From a virus: DNA of 64,000 nt. Positions 16,367 to 27,424 of this stretch are shown here, piece after piece. Below the pieces are notes generated by a model, which was not told where the DNA came from, did not search any database, and saw only the letters and a program-made list of their open reading frames with translations. Within the stretch, counting starts at the first letter, position 1. Every line of letters begins with the position of its first letter. The position numbers were made by a program, and so were the translations under genes. Where the stretch lies: positions 64,001 through 128,000 of the IMG/VR virus record IMGVR_UViG_3300006737_000017; one strand, 5' to 3'.

Positions 16367-16417
16367 CCTTTAGTGATATTTATATATAGAAAAAGGTTTA
16401 TATAATAGGAGAATAAA

Positions 16418-16756
16418 ATGACAAAGAAAGACTTAGTACGTTTGATTAGAGAAGTAGTAAAACGAGAAGTAAAGACGCAAGTTAACAATGTATTAACTGA
16501 GATGGAAAATACCTCATCTAAAAAAATGAGTATTAATGAAGCAATAGAGCAAACAGCTGCAACAGACGTTCCAACTCTGAAAACATTTACAGCTGCTGAT
16601 GCAAGAGCAGGTTTTGCTGCAATGCAAACTGGCTTCAACCAACCACCACAGCAAACAGATTTACACGGTAAACCAGTTGACGTTAGTCAATTGCAAGGTG
16701 GACTAGATAAAGTATTAACAAGAGATTATTCAGAATTAGTAAAAAAGTTTAAGTAA
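16418..16756 (+). CDS. hypothetical protein
   Basis: 112 aa; GATATTTATA at 16375 and AGGAG upstream. Confidence 0.7.
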   Translation: MTKKDLVRLIREVVKREVKTQVNNVLTEMENTSSKKMSINEAIEQTAATDVPTLKTFTAADARAGFAAMQTGFNQPPQQTDLHGKPVDVSQLQGGLDKVLTRDYSELVKKFK

Positions 16757-16762
16757 TAACAT

Positions 16763-17182
16763 ATGCCAGAAAATAACCCGATATTAATAAACCCAATTGA
16801 TCTTGAACCAGATGTTGCCATCGGTATTAGTTTACCTATGGATGCTTCAAATGGCGCAGCACTTCAAAGTACATTTTATACTAAAGATCAAATAAAGGCA
16901 AATATTACAAGTTTATTTTCAACTATGATTGGAGAAAGAGTTATGCAACCAACGTTTGGTACATATCTTTTCAATCTATTATTTGAACAAGTTAATACTG
17001 ATTTGAAAGAAAAACAAATAAGAAATGAAGTAGATAGAGCTATACAACAATGGGTACCAGAAGTAATTGTAAATGAAGTATCATTTCCTGAAGTTATAGA
17101 TGAAAGAAAAATATTAATTAAATTGAAATATAGTATACCACAGTATAACTTAGAAGACGAATTAACTTTAGAGGCACAATAA
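16763..17182 (+). CDS. gp25: baseplate wedge protein, gp25-like
   Basis: TMIGERVMQPTFGT.L..LLFE and AIQQWVPEV are GPW/gp25 motifs. Confidence 0.9.
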   Translation: MPENNPILINPIDLEPDVAIGISLPMDASNGAALQSTFYTKDQIKANITSLFSTMIGERVMQPTFGTYLFNLLFEQVNTDLKEKQIRNEVDRAIQQWVPEVIVNEVSFPEVIDERKILIKLKYSIPQYNLEDELTLEAQ

Positions 17183-17184
17183 TT

Positions 17185-19068
17185 ATGGCAAGTAAAGATA
17201 TTAAATATGTAGGTAGAGATTTTGATGGTTTTAAGTCTAACTTGATAGAGTTTGCTAAAAACTATTTTCCTAATACCTATAATGACTTTGATACTGCATC
17301 ACCTGGTACAATGTTTATTGAGATGGCGTCTTATGTAGGAGATGTACTTTCATATTACACAGATTATGCATTAAAAGAAAGTATGTTGCACAGAGCAACA
17401 GAGAGAAAGAATTTATACGACCTAGCACAAGGTTTTGGATATAAACCAAAAATTTCTGTAGCATCTACATGTAAATTAGATGTATATATAAAAATACCCG
17501 CATTACAAGTAGCGACAGAAGATAATGCATTCGGAGGAGCAGCATCAGCACCAGATTGGGACTATGCTCCAGTTATAGAACAAGGAATGGTAGTATCAAC
17601 AGATGGTGGTACAAAATTTTATACGATGAACTCAATCAATTTCCAAGCTTCATCATCCTCTGATACTACTGATGTAACTGTTCACACGATTAATGCAACT
17701 ACATCTAATCCGGAATATTATTTATTAAAGAAGACTGTATTAGTATCAAGTGGTGATATAAGAACTACTTCATATGGTGGAACTGGTACAAAATCTCAAA
17801 AGTTTACTATAAACGATGATAATGTAATAGGTATAAATGAAGTAACAGACGGCGACAGCAATAGATGGTATGAAGTTCCTTACCTAGCTCAAGACACTAT
17901 CTTTGGAGAAAATGTTAATAGCGCAGCTTTTGATCCAACAACAAGTGGAGAATCTTCTAAGACTCCATATATTTTAACGTTAAAGAAAACGCCAAGAAGA
18001 TTTGTAACAAGAATCAATGGTGATAATAAATTAGTTTTACAATTCGGTTCTGGTATTTCAACAATAGCAGATTCTTTAATATTACCAAACCCAAATAATG
18101 TAGGTACAAATTTACCAGGTTCATCTGATAATTTGAACAAAGCTTTTGACCCTTCTAATTTTATGAAAACCAAAACTTATGGTCAAGCTCCAACTGAAGC
18201 TCTTACAATAAAATATACAGTTGGATATGGCTTAGCTGGTAATGTATCAACTGGAACTATAACAAGTGTCAATTCGAAAACTATTACACAAAATTCAGAT
18301 GACGTATCAGATGCTCTAAAGAATATAGTAGAAACTTCTATAGCAGTAAACAATCCTGAACCAGCAAGTGGAGGAAAATCACAAGAAACAATAGAAGACG
18401 TTAGAGAAAATGCTCTTGCTCATTTTGCTACACAACAAAGAGCTGTAACTAAGGAAGATTATATAATAAGAGCATATTCAATGCCGCCTAAGTTTGGATC
18501 TGTTCCAAAAGTATTTATAACTCAAGACACGCAAATAGATATGAAAACAAGAGAAGAAGTGAATAATCCTCTTGCTTTGAATATGTACGTTTTGGGATAT
18601 GATCAAAATAAAAACTTAGCTAATTGCAACGAAGCTTCAAAAAAGAATTTGAAAAATTATTTATCACAATACAGAATGATGACTGATTCTATAAATATTA
18701 AAAATGGGTACATAATAAATCTAGGAGTAGACTTTGAAATTGTAGTACTAGCAGGCTTTAACTCTAGAACAGTCGTCTTAACTTGTATAGATAAATTAAA
18801 AGAATTAATGCATATAGATAATATGCAATTTATGCAACCAATTATTATAAAAGATTTACAATTAGAACTTTCAAAAATAGACGGTGTTCAGTCTGTTATG
18901 AAATTTGATATAAGAAATAAGTGGAGAACAAGCTTAGGTTATTCTGGGGTTAAATACAACTTAGAAGATGCTAATAAAGGTGGAATAATATATCCTTCAA
19001 AGGATCCGTCTATATTTGAAATAAAATATCCAAACATAGACATCCAAGGAAGAGCAACTACATATTAG
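17185..19068 (+). CDS. gp6: baseplate wedge protein, gp6-like
   Basis: DFDGFKSNLIEF, YVGDVLSYYTD, LQFGSG, ASGGKSQETIEDVR and QQRAVTKEDY. Confidence 0.9.
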   Translation: MASKDIKYVGRDFDGFKSNLIEFAKNYFPNTYNDFDTASPGTMFIEMASYVGDVLSYYTDYALKESMLHRATERKNLYDLAQGFGYKPKISVASTCKLDVYIKIPALQVATEDNAFGGAASAPDWDYAPVIEQGMVVSTDGGTKFYTMNSINFQASSSSDTTDVTVHTINATTSNPEYYLLKKTVLVSSGDIRTTSYGGTGTKSQKFTINDDNVIGINEVTDGDSNRWYEVPYLAQDTIFGENVNSAAFDPTTSGESSKTPYILTLKKTPRRFVTRINGDNKLVLQFGSGISTIADSLILPNPNNVGTNLPGSSDNLNKAFDPSNFMKTKTYGQAPTEALTIKYTVGYGLAGNVSTGTITSVNSKTITQNSDDVSDALKNIVETSIAVNNPEPASGGKSQETIEDVRENALAHFATQQRAVTKEDYIIRAYSMPPKFGSVPKVFITQDTQIDMKTREEVNNPLALNMYVLGYDQNKNLANCNEASKKNLKNYLSQYRMMTDSINIKNGYIINLGVDFEIVVLAGFNSRTVVLTCIDKLKELMHIDNMQFMQPIIIKDLQLELSKIDGVQSVMKFDIRNKWRTSLGYSGVKYNLEDANKGGIIYPSKDPSIFEIKYPNIDIQGRATTY

Positions 19069-19079
19069 AGGAATAACTT

Positions 19080-20156
19080 ATGATTTATAATATATACCCA
19101 ACAAAAGATACGACTGTTTATAATTACTCTGCGAGTATGAATACTGGTCTTGATCCAATATTGGAAATACAAAAAACTACGCCAATACAAGGTTCAAAAA
19201 GTATAGCAAGATCATTTTTACAAGTAGATTGGGAAAAGGGATACGCAGAACTTCAAGCTTTACCTGGCGATTTTACTACGGCTTTTGCTGCATCAAACTT
19301 TTCAAGTAATTTAATCTTACATTCTACAGAAGCAGAAAATATACCTTACTCTTATAAGATAGAAGCAATACCATTAAATCAATCTTGGGAAATGGGTATA
19401 GGTAAAAGAACGCATACTCCTATAACTGATAAAGGTTGTTCTTGGGGGTTTACCGATCTTTCCGGTTCAACTGAATGGGGTAATGAAGGCGGTTCTCCTA
19501 GTGCAACTATAACTCAAGCAAACATAATGACTCAATCTTTTGAGTTTGAATCGACAGATATAAAAATAGATGTATCCGAATCTTTAGCTGGCTGGCATTT
19601 GAATGCTAGTAATAATAATGGTATAATGCTAAGAATTACTTCTAGCCAAGAATCAGATTCATTAGAATATGGTACATTAAAATTCTTTTCAAAAGATACT
19701 AATACAATCTATACTCCAAAGTTGCAAATAGGGTGGGACGATTCTATATACTATACTGGTTCAATGGAGAAAGCTGAAACAGATGAAATATTAGTTTATA
19801 TAAAAAATAATAAATATGAATACAAAGAAAAAGAAGTAATAAGAGTAGAAGTTAGAGCTAGAGATATTTATCCTACACAAACATATGGAACTTCTTCAGC
19901 AGCATTAAAAGATTATTATTTACCAACTGGTTCTTTTTATTCTATAAAAGATGCAGAAACTGAAGAAGCTGTTATTGACTTCGATAGTTCATATACAAAA
20001 TTAAGTTGTTCTGGTTCTGGGCATTATTTCAATTTAGCAATGAATGCTCTACCTTCAGAAAGGCTATATAAAATAATATTAAAAGTAGACAATAGAAATT
20101 ATAATGGTCAAGTAGAATACTTCGACTCTAATCATGTATTCAAAGTAGTTAGGTAA
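19080..20156 (+). CDS. putative virion structural protein
   Basis: Beta-rich 358 aa (IYPTKDTTVY, NNGIML, PKLQI; DNRLRE-like) within the baseplate cluster. Confidence 0.6.
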   Translation: MIYNIYPTKDTTVYNYSASMNTGLDPILEIQKTTPIQGSKSIARSFLQVDWEKGYAELQALPGDFTTAFAASNFSSNLILHSTEAENIPYSYKIEAIPLNQSWEMGIGKRTHTPITDKGCSWGFTDLSGSTEWGNEGGSPSATITQANIMTQSFEFESTDIKIDVSESLAGWHLNASNNNGIMLRITSSQESDSLEYGTLKFFSKDTNTIYTPKLQIGWDDSIYYTGSMEKAETDEILVYIKNNKYEYKEKEVIRVEVRARDIYPTQTYGTSSAALKDYYLPTGSFYSIKDAETEEAVIDFDSSYTKLSCSGSGHYFNLAMNALPSERLYKIILKVDNRNYNGQVEYFDSNHVFKVVR

Positions 20157-20161
20157 AAGAT

Positions 20162-21808
20162 ATGCCAAGAAAAATATTTTCAATAGAAGACATACAGGAG
20201 ATATACAATAAAGAGCGCGTTAATAAAAAACGCCAACAGTCCGAGTATGAAAAAAGTAGAAATCAAGAAAATACAACTGGGCCAACTGCTAATTCTAACA
20301 ATGTAGTTTTAATAAGCAACAGAGAAGAAATTGTAACAGATTTTAATGTATCTGCCGATAGAGAATACTATGATAGAAAATCTTTTGAAAGCACATTTGA
20401 TACAGAGATTGCACAATTAAAAACTGGAGCTCCACCAGTGGAACAAGATCCAGATCCAAGCCCACCACCTGCTCCAACAGTCGTTCAAGTTAGATGTACA
20501 AATCATCATTGGACATTAGATGGAGGGAAGGGGAGAACTGAAAAAGACAAACCATCTTGGCATCATAATCATCACCCATTAGGTAACAACCCCGATGGTG
20601 GTGCATTAGTAATACCAAATGATCACCCTCTTTTCTTTTTAAGAAGATGTGAACCTGCTGATGCAAGGAGGACTTTTAATTTTGAATGGAAAGTAGATGG
20701 CAAAGTAGTTTCAGAAGCTCCATATTTTCACATGTTTAATGCAAGCGATCAAAAACCCGAAGGCAATTCTTGGAGAAAGGCTCCGGATATTATAGTAGAA
20801 GTAAGAGTTTGGAATGAATCTGGCGAAAAGACTGCAAAGATGAAAATGAGATGTGCAAGCAGCATAGGCGATGATAATCATTTAGAAGATGATGGAAAAC
20901 CAAAACCAAGATGGAAGTGGAAAGGTACAAGATACTTTAGAGAAGAAGAATTTTGGAAAGGTGGTTGGAGAGTTTACACTGATTATCAACTTGACACAAG
21001 GTATAAACCTAGAAAAGTTTATCTTAGCAAAATAACTTTAGAAGATTTTGATAAATTGTCTTACACTAAACCTTCAAAGTTTGCAGCTAAACCTTGGAAT
21101 AATAGTAAAGGTATATCTAAGCAATTATTACCAGAGATGAAAAAGCCAGAAAGAAACGATTCGGACTATGCTCATCATTCTAAGAATTGGTCTAAGTGGA
21201 GAAGAGAACACTCTTCAATATTCCATTCAAGTAGATACAATCCTTGGAACCGTAATAAATTTTCCTTTATAGGTGAAGTATATATAAATGGTGATTGGGT
21301 TACTTTTCCAAAAATTTGGTCTGGGTATGAAAGCGAATCTGCATTAAAGGATAAGTATGACGCAAAAAACTTTATGAGATTAGATGAAGATGGAAATCCT
21401 GCTAAAGTACGCTCTAATACAAAGGACGGGGAAAAAGTTGGAACTACATTAATGCAAAAAATAAATAAGCCTATATTTGTAACAGCACCACTTGGAGAAG
21501 TAGTTAAATTTGGTTTTAAGTATGGATTCAAAAAATCTTCTACAAACAAGGGAGAATTAGAATATGTAATTTTTACAGGCCATAAAGCTCACACAGTAAA
21601 AGAATCAGATGGCGAAAAAGTTTGGTTAAATATAAAATTAAGACCGCATATTATAAAATACGACAAAGACGTTTATGAATACGAAATGCCTGATGGAGAG
21701 GAAAAAACTGACGGAGAATTTACTAAGTCAACAGCAACAAGTAGAAGTGAAAAAGGAACAACTACTAGTAATCGTAGAGATATGAATCGTGGAGGGGGAG
21801 GATACTAA
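20162..21808 (+). CDS. hypothetical protein
   Basis: 548 aa with a Pro-rich linker and a Trp/Lys-rich body. Confidence 0.65.
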   Translation: MPRKIFSIEDIQEIYNKERVNKKRQQSEYEKSRNQENTTGPTANSNNVVLISNREEIVTDFNVSADREYYDRKSFESTFDTEIAQLKTGAPPVEQDPDPSPPPAPTVVQVRCTNHHWTLDGGKGRTEKDKPSWHHNHHPLGNNPDGGALVIPNDHPLFFLRRCEPADARRTFNFEWKVDGKVVSEAPYFHMFNASDQKPEGNSWRKAPDIIVEVRVWNESGEKTAKMKMRCASSIGDDNHLEDDGKPKPRWKWKGTRYFREEEFWKGGWRVYTDYQLDTRYKPRKVYLSKITLEDFDKLSYTKPSKFAAKPWNNSKGISKQLLPEMKKPERNDSDYAHHSKNWSKWRREHSSIFHSSRYNPWNRNKFSFIGEVYINGDWVTFPKIWSGYESESALKDKYDAKNFMRLDEDGNPAKVRSNTKDGEKVGTTLMQKINKPIFVTAPLGEVVKFGFKYGFKKSSTNKGELEYVIFTGHKAHTVKESDGEKVWLNIKLRPHIIKYDKDVYEYEMPDGEEKTDGEFTKSTATSRSEKGTTTSNRRDMNRGGGGY

Positions 21809-24800
21809 TGGCACAGAAAGATAAAACTTCTATGAATCAAATAGCACCATTGATGAAAGAATTTGATGGTGATAGACATGACAAGTTAAAATCTGTTGAA
21901 AAGGTATTAGATAAGCGTAGCCCAAGAGATGGAGATTTTTTATACTTAAAAGTTTTTAATGGTGAAACTTTATTAAATACTCATTGGCTTAAAATAGCTG
22001 AATACGATTGTATAACTATTCCTAACGAAAGAGAATTATCTGTAGATTGGTATGACCTTTTATTAGATGAACTAAGATATAGCCCTGGTAATTATTCTAT
22101 CGACTATTGCGTAAAAAGGATGGCTTGTTGGCCAAACGAATTTGTTAGAGTAAATGAAATTTCCAAGAATAAAATGGAAATTAGAGTAGATGCAATACAC
22201 GAAGATGCTCTTACTAATATAAGAAAACCTTTAATACAAGGTAAATATTATGCACCACTAGATATATTTCACGAAAGAGAGGGTTTAGTAAAAGCTGTTT
22301 CTTGGGTATACGATGAACACTTTGAAGATGAAACTTTAATCGTAAAGCTAGGCGATAAAATTCCTAGGAAAATTAAAGTTGGAGATGAAATAGAATTATG
22401 GGATGAAATTTCAAGTGTAAGAAAACTAGATATAATTTTAGAAGTATCACTACCAACAGGTCTAGAACCATACACAGAACTTAGAGGACCGCAAGTAACA
22501 TTAGATGTTAATACAGAAGTTGGAAAGCCAACTGAATTGGAATCTTGGGAATCTATATTAACAGGATCAGCTGAAGTAAATCAAAACTTGTCAACGAAGA
22601 TATTATCTGGTTCTGGATATGAATTAAATATAGACTACAGAAAATTCGATAATTTTATACATTTCAGTTCTGCAAAGGAAAGGTTGGTAAACTTTGAATA
22701 CAAGGTTAGATTAGTAGAATACTATGAGTCTAAATCTTTAGGTCACTCAACAAGTTTAACTGGTCAAGCTTCATCCTCAGTTACTGCTTCAGCAATATAC
22801 ATTTCTGAATCAGCAAATTACAGTACAGAAAAACAACATATAATAGGAAGCTTTGATCACTTTGAAAAATATCTTTATGAGCAATCTGGTAGTGGGCATA
22901 CAGAAGATAGTATAGTTTATTATTCTACAACTTGGCCAAAATACGATAACCCAGTTGCAAACGGCTATCCAAAATATATTAACCACTCTTACTCTTCTTC
23001 TGAAGCTCAAACTTGGTTAACTGGTTCTTTCTTATCTGCTTCAAATTACGACGAAAGTAATATGAATATATTAAGAAAAACGATACCAGCAGTTCAAAGA
23101 GCAGATCAAAATAATTCTGGTTTTGTTTTATTTGTAGATATGATTGCTCAACACTTTGATATCTTGTACAATTATATAGACAACTTGAAACACCAAAGAA
23201 CAAGAGATGAAGATCTTAATACTGGTATATCTAAAGATTTACTATTTGAAACATTAAAATCTTTTGGTTGGAAGCCAAAGTCTGGTTTAGATTTAGAAAA
23301 GATTTGGGAATATTGGTTAGGAACAAGTAGAACTGGTGGTTACGCTGGACCAGGAACCACGGCTTGGGATGCTGATAATTCAGCTACATATGCATCAACT
23401 GCTACTACATCAAGTGCTTGGTCTACAGAACCAACTCCAAAAAGAGATTTAGAATTAGAACCTATTTCAAGAGTTATTAACAACTTACCTTATTTATTAA
23501 AAACTAAAGGTAGTAAGAGAGGTCTTAAAGCATTATTAGCTTGTTATGGTATACCAAGTTCTTTCTTCAAGATTCAGGAATTCGGAGGACCAGATCCACA
23601 AAGACACACAGCAACAACTTCTTCTCATACAAGAGAGATAGACGTTTCCAATCATGCATTACAATTTCAAGGTGGACTATATAATCAAGATGCAAAAGTT
23701 TGTTTCTTAAGTGGTTCATGGGATAATGCTGATGCAATACAATCTGTAGAATTTAGAATCAAAACCAATTATCAAAATTCTCAATCTTTGTTTGCAACTA
23801 ACATAGCTGGTAATGCTCCATCAAGGCAGCAAGTATTTTTATTGCCATCTAAATCAGCAGATGACCCAGATACTAAATATGCCTTTGTTAAGTATATGTT
23901 TGCAGACGTAGATTCAGCAACGTATAAATCGGGATCTCTTGGTAAACTTCCAATATTAGATAATGATTGGTGGAACCTAGCGCTTATCAATGATGACGAA
24001 GGTAAAAAGATAAAATTAGTTTGTCAAAAAGCTCCTGATCATGCAAATGGTAATATAACTCATAAGGATTCTATAGAAATAGATTATTTAGATACAGATC
24101 AAGGTTATGGATGGGGTCACTCATCGGTAAATGAATGGAGATTTGGAAAGAAATTCCAAGTTACAAATACCCATTTTAATAGTTCTGCATCAAATTGCGA
24201 TTTCTTTTCTGGAAGCTTACAAGAATTAAGATTTTGGTCAAACGAATTAGATGATTATTCTATAGACTTACATACTAGAGCAGCAACATCTATATATGGA
24301 AATTCTTATTCTGGTTCTTTTGACAATCTTGTACTTAGACTTCCATTGGGAACGGATAATAACATAGATCACAATACAGCATCGATAAATACATTTACTT
24401 CAACACACCCAGATCAAACGAAAACTGGTATATCAACTCAAACAGTTTATATGTCTGGGTCATTTGAATGGGAGGATGAAAATGAAACTTATTATGTTAC
24501 TACTCCAAACTCTTTTGGCCTAAGACCAGTATCTAATAAGATTAGAATAGAAGCTAATACTGTAAATGGAACACTAGATCCATTTGAATCTCAAGAGTCA
24601 AGTTCGTCAGATACAAATCCTATAGACTTAGCTGATCTATATGTATCAGTATCTCCACAAGACGATTTAGATTTAGACATAGGTTTACAATATGGCGATA
24701 TAAATATGGATAACTATGTAGGAGATCCAAGAGAAAAGTATGCAACAGATTATTCTCAACTGAGAAAATTAAGAGCAGATTACTTTAAGAAGTTTACATC

Positions 24801-25587
24801 AGTTCAAAAGATACAAGCTTATGTAAAAACGCTATCTTATATAAACAATGCATTATTCCAACAAATAGATGCTATGCTTCCAGCAAGAGGAACTAACGTA
24901 GTTGGTTTAATGGTAAAACCCACTTTATTAGAAAGATCAAAAGTTTCACTTGAACCGTCTTTCTCTTTCCAAGAAAATCATTACTTAGGTAAAACCGCAA
25001 GGTCTGATCAAAATCTAGAACACTATACCCAAAGTATAGATGTAATGCCAGATAGGTATATGGAAGAAAGCGATGATTATGATGCAATGTATTATGAATT
25101 CGAAGATGGGTCTGGTGCTGCACAATGGTTTTCTACTTTAACTGATACTGTAAAAACTGAAGCTGGTCATGAACCAAACCATTATACATTTAACATAGCA
25201 ACGATAAATCAAGATGGTACTGGTAGAGATAAAAACTTAGACGGATCACAATTAACAATGTCAGTTGCAGGAGTAATGCCACAAGCATATGATCAACCAA
25301 CTGATAATAAGTATTATCAAATCAGATATTACTACAGCTCTTCTCTTAGCTCTTCATTAAAAAAATGGTATTCATCTTCTTATGAACCAACTCAAATAGT
25401 TCAACAAGACGTATTTTTAGGTTTTAACAATTCGTTTGTAGCAGGTTGTAAGATGACATCACCAGACTTTAATGCCGCAAGCGAGGATACAATAGATGGT
25501 GGTCCAGTAGTAGAATACATAGAAGGAAACCCGAATACACTAATTAGTAAAAATCCAGGCTTATCTGGTGACCTATTAGTTAGATAA
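21808..25587 (+). CDS. large baseplate-associated structural protein with LamG-like region
   Basis: 1259 aa; NNLPYLLKTKGSKRGLKALLACYG is wedge-like and FSGSLQELRFW is a LamG-like end. Confidence 0.65.
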   Translation: MAQKDKTSMNQIAPLMKEFDGDRHDKLKSVEKVLDKRSPRDGDFLYLKVFNGETLLNTHWLKIAEYDCITIPNERELSVDWYDLLLDELRYSPGNYSIDYCVKRMACWPNEFVRVNEISKNKMEIRVDAIHEDALTNIRKPLIQGKYYAPLDIFHEREGLVKAVSWVYDEHFEDETLIVKLGDKIPRKIKVGDEIELWDEISSVRKLDIILEVSLPTGLEPYTELRGPQVTLDVNTEVGKPTELESWESILTGSAEVNQNLSTKILSGSGYELNIDYRKFDNFIHFSSAKERLVNFEYKVRLVEYYESKSLGHSTSLTGQASSSVTASAIYISESANYSTEKQHIIGSFDHFEKYLYEQSGSGHTEDSIVYYSTTWPKYDNPVANGYPKYINHSYSSSEAQTWLTGSFLSASNYDESNMNILRKTIPAVQRADQNNSGFVLFVDMIAQHFDILYNYIDNLKHQRTRDEDLNTGISKDLLFETLKSFGWKPKSGLDLEKIWEYWLGTSRTGGYAGPGTTAWDADNSATYASTATTSSAWSTEPTPKRDLELEPISRVINNLPYLLKTKGSKRGLKALLACYGIPSSFFKIQEFGGPDPQRHTATTSSHTREIDVSNHALQFQGGLYNQDAKVCFLSGSWDNADAIQSVEFRIKTNYQNSQSLFATNIAGNAPSRQQVFLLPSKSADDPDTKYAFVKYMFADVDSATYKSGSLGKLPILDNDWWNLALINDDEGKKIKLVCQKAPDHANGNITHKDSIEIDYLDTDQGYGWGHSSVNEWRFGKKFQVTNTHFNSSASNCDFFSGSLQELRFWSNELDDYSIDLHTRAATSIYGNSYSGSFDNLVLRLPLGTDNNIDHNTASINTFTSTHPDQTKTGISTQTVYMSGSFEWEDENETYYVTTPNSFGLRPVSNKIRIEANTVNGTLDPFESQESSSSDTNPIDLADLYVSVSPQDDLDLDIGLQYGDINMDNYVGDPREKYATDYSQLRKLRADYFKKFTSVQKIQAYVKTLSYINNALFQQIDAMLPARGTNVVGLMVKPTLLERSKVSLEPSFSFQENHYLGKTARSDQNLEHYTQSIDVMPDRYMEESDDYDAMYYEFEDGSGAAQWFSTLTDTVKTEAGHEPNHYTFNIATINQDGTGRDKNLDGSQLTMSVAGVMPQAYDQPTDNKYYQIRYYYSSSLSSSLKKWYSSSYEPTQIVQQDVFLGFNNSFVAGCKMTSPDFNAASEDTIDGGPVVEYIEGNPNTLISKNPGLSGDLLVR

Positions 25588-25637
25588 AATTAAAGAACAT
25601 GGATATTTATTAGTATAAAAAGAATAGAGGAAATACA

Positions 25638-26285
25638 ATGGGATACTTAGACAATACAAGTTTAACAGTTGATGCAATCCTTACCAAAAAAGGAAGACAG
25701 CTGTTATCAGAGGGCGCATTAGAAATTACAAAATTTGCCCTAGCTGATGATGAAATAGATTATAGATTATGGGATTCTGCTCATTCATTGGGTACGAATT
25801 ACTATGGACAAGCAATAGAAAATATGCCGTTATTAGAAGCATTTGCAAATGAAAATCAAATGATGAGGTATAAGTTAATTAGTTTACCAAAAAACACTAC
25901 TAAACTACCATTAGTACAAGCTGGTCAAACGTCTATATCTCATGTAAGACCTGGTGTACAAACAACAATTATTCCAACAACTGCCAACATAGCAAACGGA
26001 AACAGAACAGCAGGATATACATGTATATTATCAAATTCTGCAATTGCAACACTTACAGTTGCTCCAGGTGGAAACGTAGAACAAGAATCTACATTCTCTG
26101 CAATTGGCGATGATGCTGCAACATCTGTATCTGTAGTTGGAACAAGATTTTTAATTACATCTAAAGTAGTTACTGTAGATACTGCAACTACTATCACAAT
26201 TGTAGGAAATGAAACAGGGGGTTCTTTAACGATACCTTACACTGTTAAGAAAGATCCTGAGTTGGATATAGTAACTAGCGTATAA
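25638..26285 (+). CDS. putative baseplate/tail structural protein
   Basis: LTKKGRQLL...ITKFALADDEIDY; GATATTTATT at 25602 upstream. Confidence 0.65.
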   Translation: MGYLDNTSLTVDAILTKKGRQLLSEGALEITKFALADDEIDYRLWDSAHSLGTNYYGQAIENMPLLEAFANENQMMRYKLISLPKNTTKLPLVQAGQTSISHVRPGVQTTIIPTTANIANGNRTAGYTCILSNSAIATLTVAPGGNVEQESTFSAIGDDAATSVSVVGTRFLITSKVVTVDTATTITIVGNETGGSLTIPYTVKKDPELDIVTSV

Positions 26286-26297
26286 GAGGAATAGAAA

Positions 26298-27407
26298 ATG
26301 GCACAAAGAAGATCAAGACTAAATAAAAGAGCTTTACTAGAAGCAAGAAGTCGTAGAAGATTTAGAGGTATTACTACAAAAACCTATAATAGATTCGATG
26401 ATGAAGATATTATAGAATCAGATGTAGCTAAATCGATTACTTCGGCTTTATGGTCTGACAACGTTAGTACACTTACTACGTTCCATACGTCGTCGACTCA
26501 GTCACCGCATCCATCAACATCTCAATCGTATCAAGCAGAGATATACTCTGTAGATCCTGCAACAAATACTTCATCATCTGTACAATTTAACATTGCTTGG
26601 GGACATTATGCTGGCTCTGGGTCTATTACTTCTTCAGGAGCTTCTGATCAAGGTAATACTCCTTCAAAAGCGGTTTATACTTCTTTTGCAAATCAATTAC
26701 TTGCAGCAGGAGATGATAAATTTACAATAGATACTACAGATAACGATTATATGTATTTTATTACAGTAGCTAGAAATCGTTTCAAAGAAAAGATGAACCC
26801 TAATGGATGGGAATTAAAATTAGACGTTGGTTCTGCAACTTGCCATTTAATAGATGACAGTAGATACAATGCTAATTCTTCTACAAATGGAAACAGGGTA
26901 TACAATATAATTTCGGGTACATTAGCTGCAGGACAATCTGCAACTACAACTAATATGGGGTTATTTTATCCTGATCTTGGTATCTTAGCTATATCTCATC
27001 AAAATATTAATGCTGTATCTGGTTTTGATATTGCTTCTACAATTACACAAAGTAATTACTCAGTAGCACCAGTAGAACCTTTTGTTGATCCAGTAAAAGC
27101 TATGTTTACAGCAATTTCTGGTTCAGATGGTGCTTATTTCCAAGGAAGAGCAGAAGAAGATATTTCATCAACGCATTATTTTGTAAGAGTTAAAAATTCA
27201 GAATATAATTTTTCAAACAATCCAACCTTCGCAACTACTGTTGGAACATTGCAAAATGCAAGTATGGTTGGTGATCCTTCTGTTTATATTACAACAGTTG
27301 GTTTATATAATGACGAAAATGAATTAGTTGCAACTGCAAAACTTAGCAAACCGCTAAAGAAAACTTTTGCAAGAGAAGCAACAATTAGGGTTAAACTTGA
27401 TTATTAA
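26298..27407 (+). CDS. putative baseplate/fibre-attachment protein
   Basis: C-terminal YITTVGLYNDENELVATAKLSKPLKK...IRVKLDY. Confidence 0.65.
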   Translation: MAQRRSRLNKRALLEARSRRRFRGITTKTYNRFDDEDIIESDVAKSITSALWSDNVSTLTTFHTSSTQSPHPSTSQSYQAEIYSVDPATNTSSSVQFNIAWGHYAGSGSITSSGASDQGNTPSKAVYTSFANQLLAAGDDKFTIDTTDNDYMYFITVARNRFKEKMNPNGWELKLDVGSATCHLIDDSRYNANSSTNGNRVYNIISGTLAAGQSATTTNMGLFYPDLGILAISHQNINAVSGFDIASTITQSNYSVAPVEPFVDPVKAMFTAISGSDGAYFQGRAEEDISSTHYFVRVKNSEYNFSNNPTFATTVGTLQNASMVGDPSVYITTVGLYNDENELVATAKLSKPLKKTFAREATIRVKLDY

Positions 27408-27424
27408 TAAGTACAAGCTATGAT

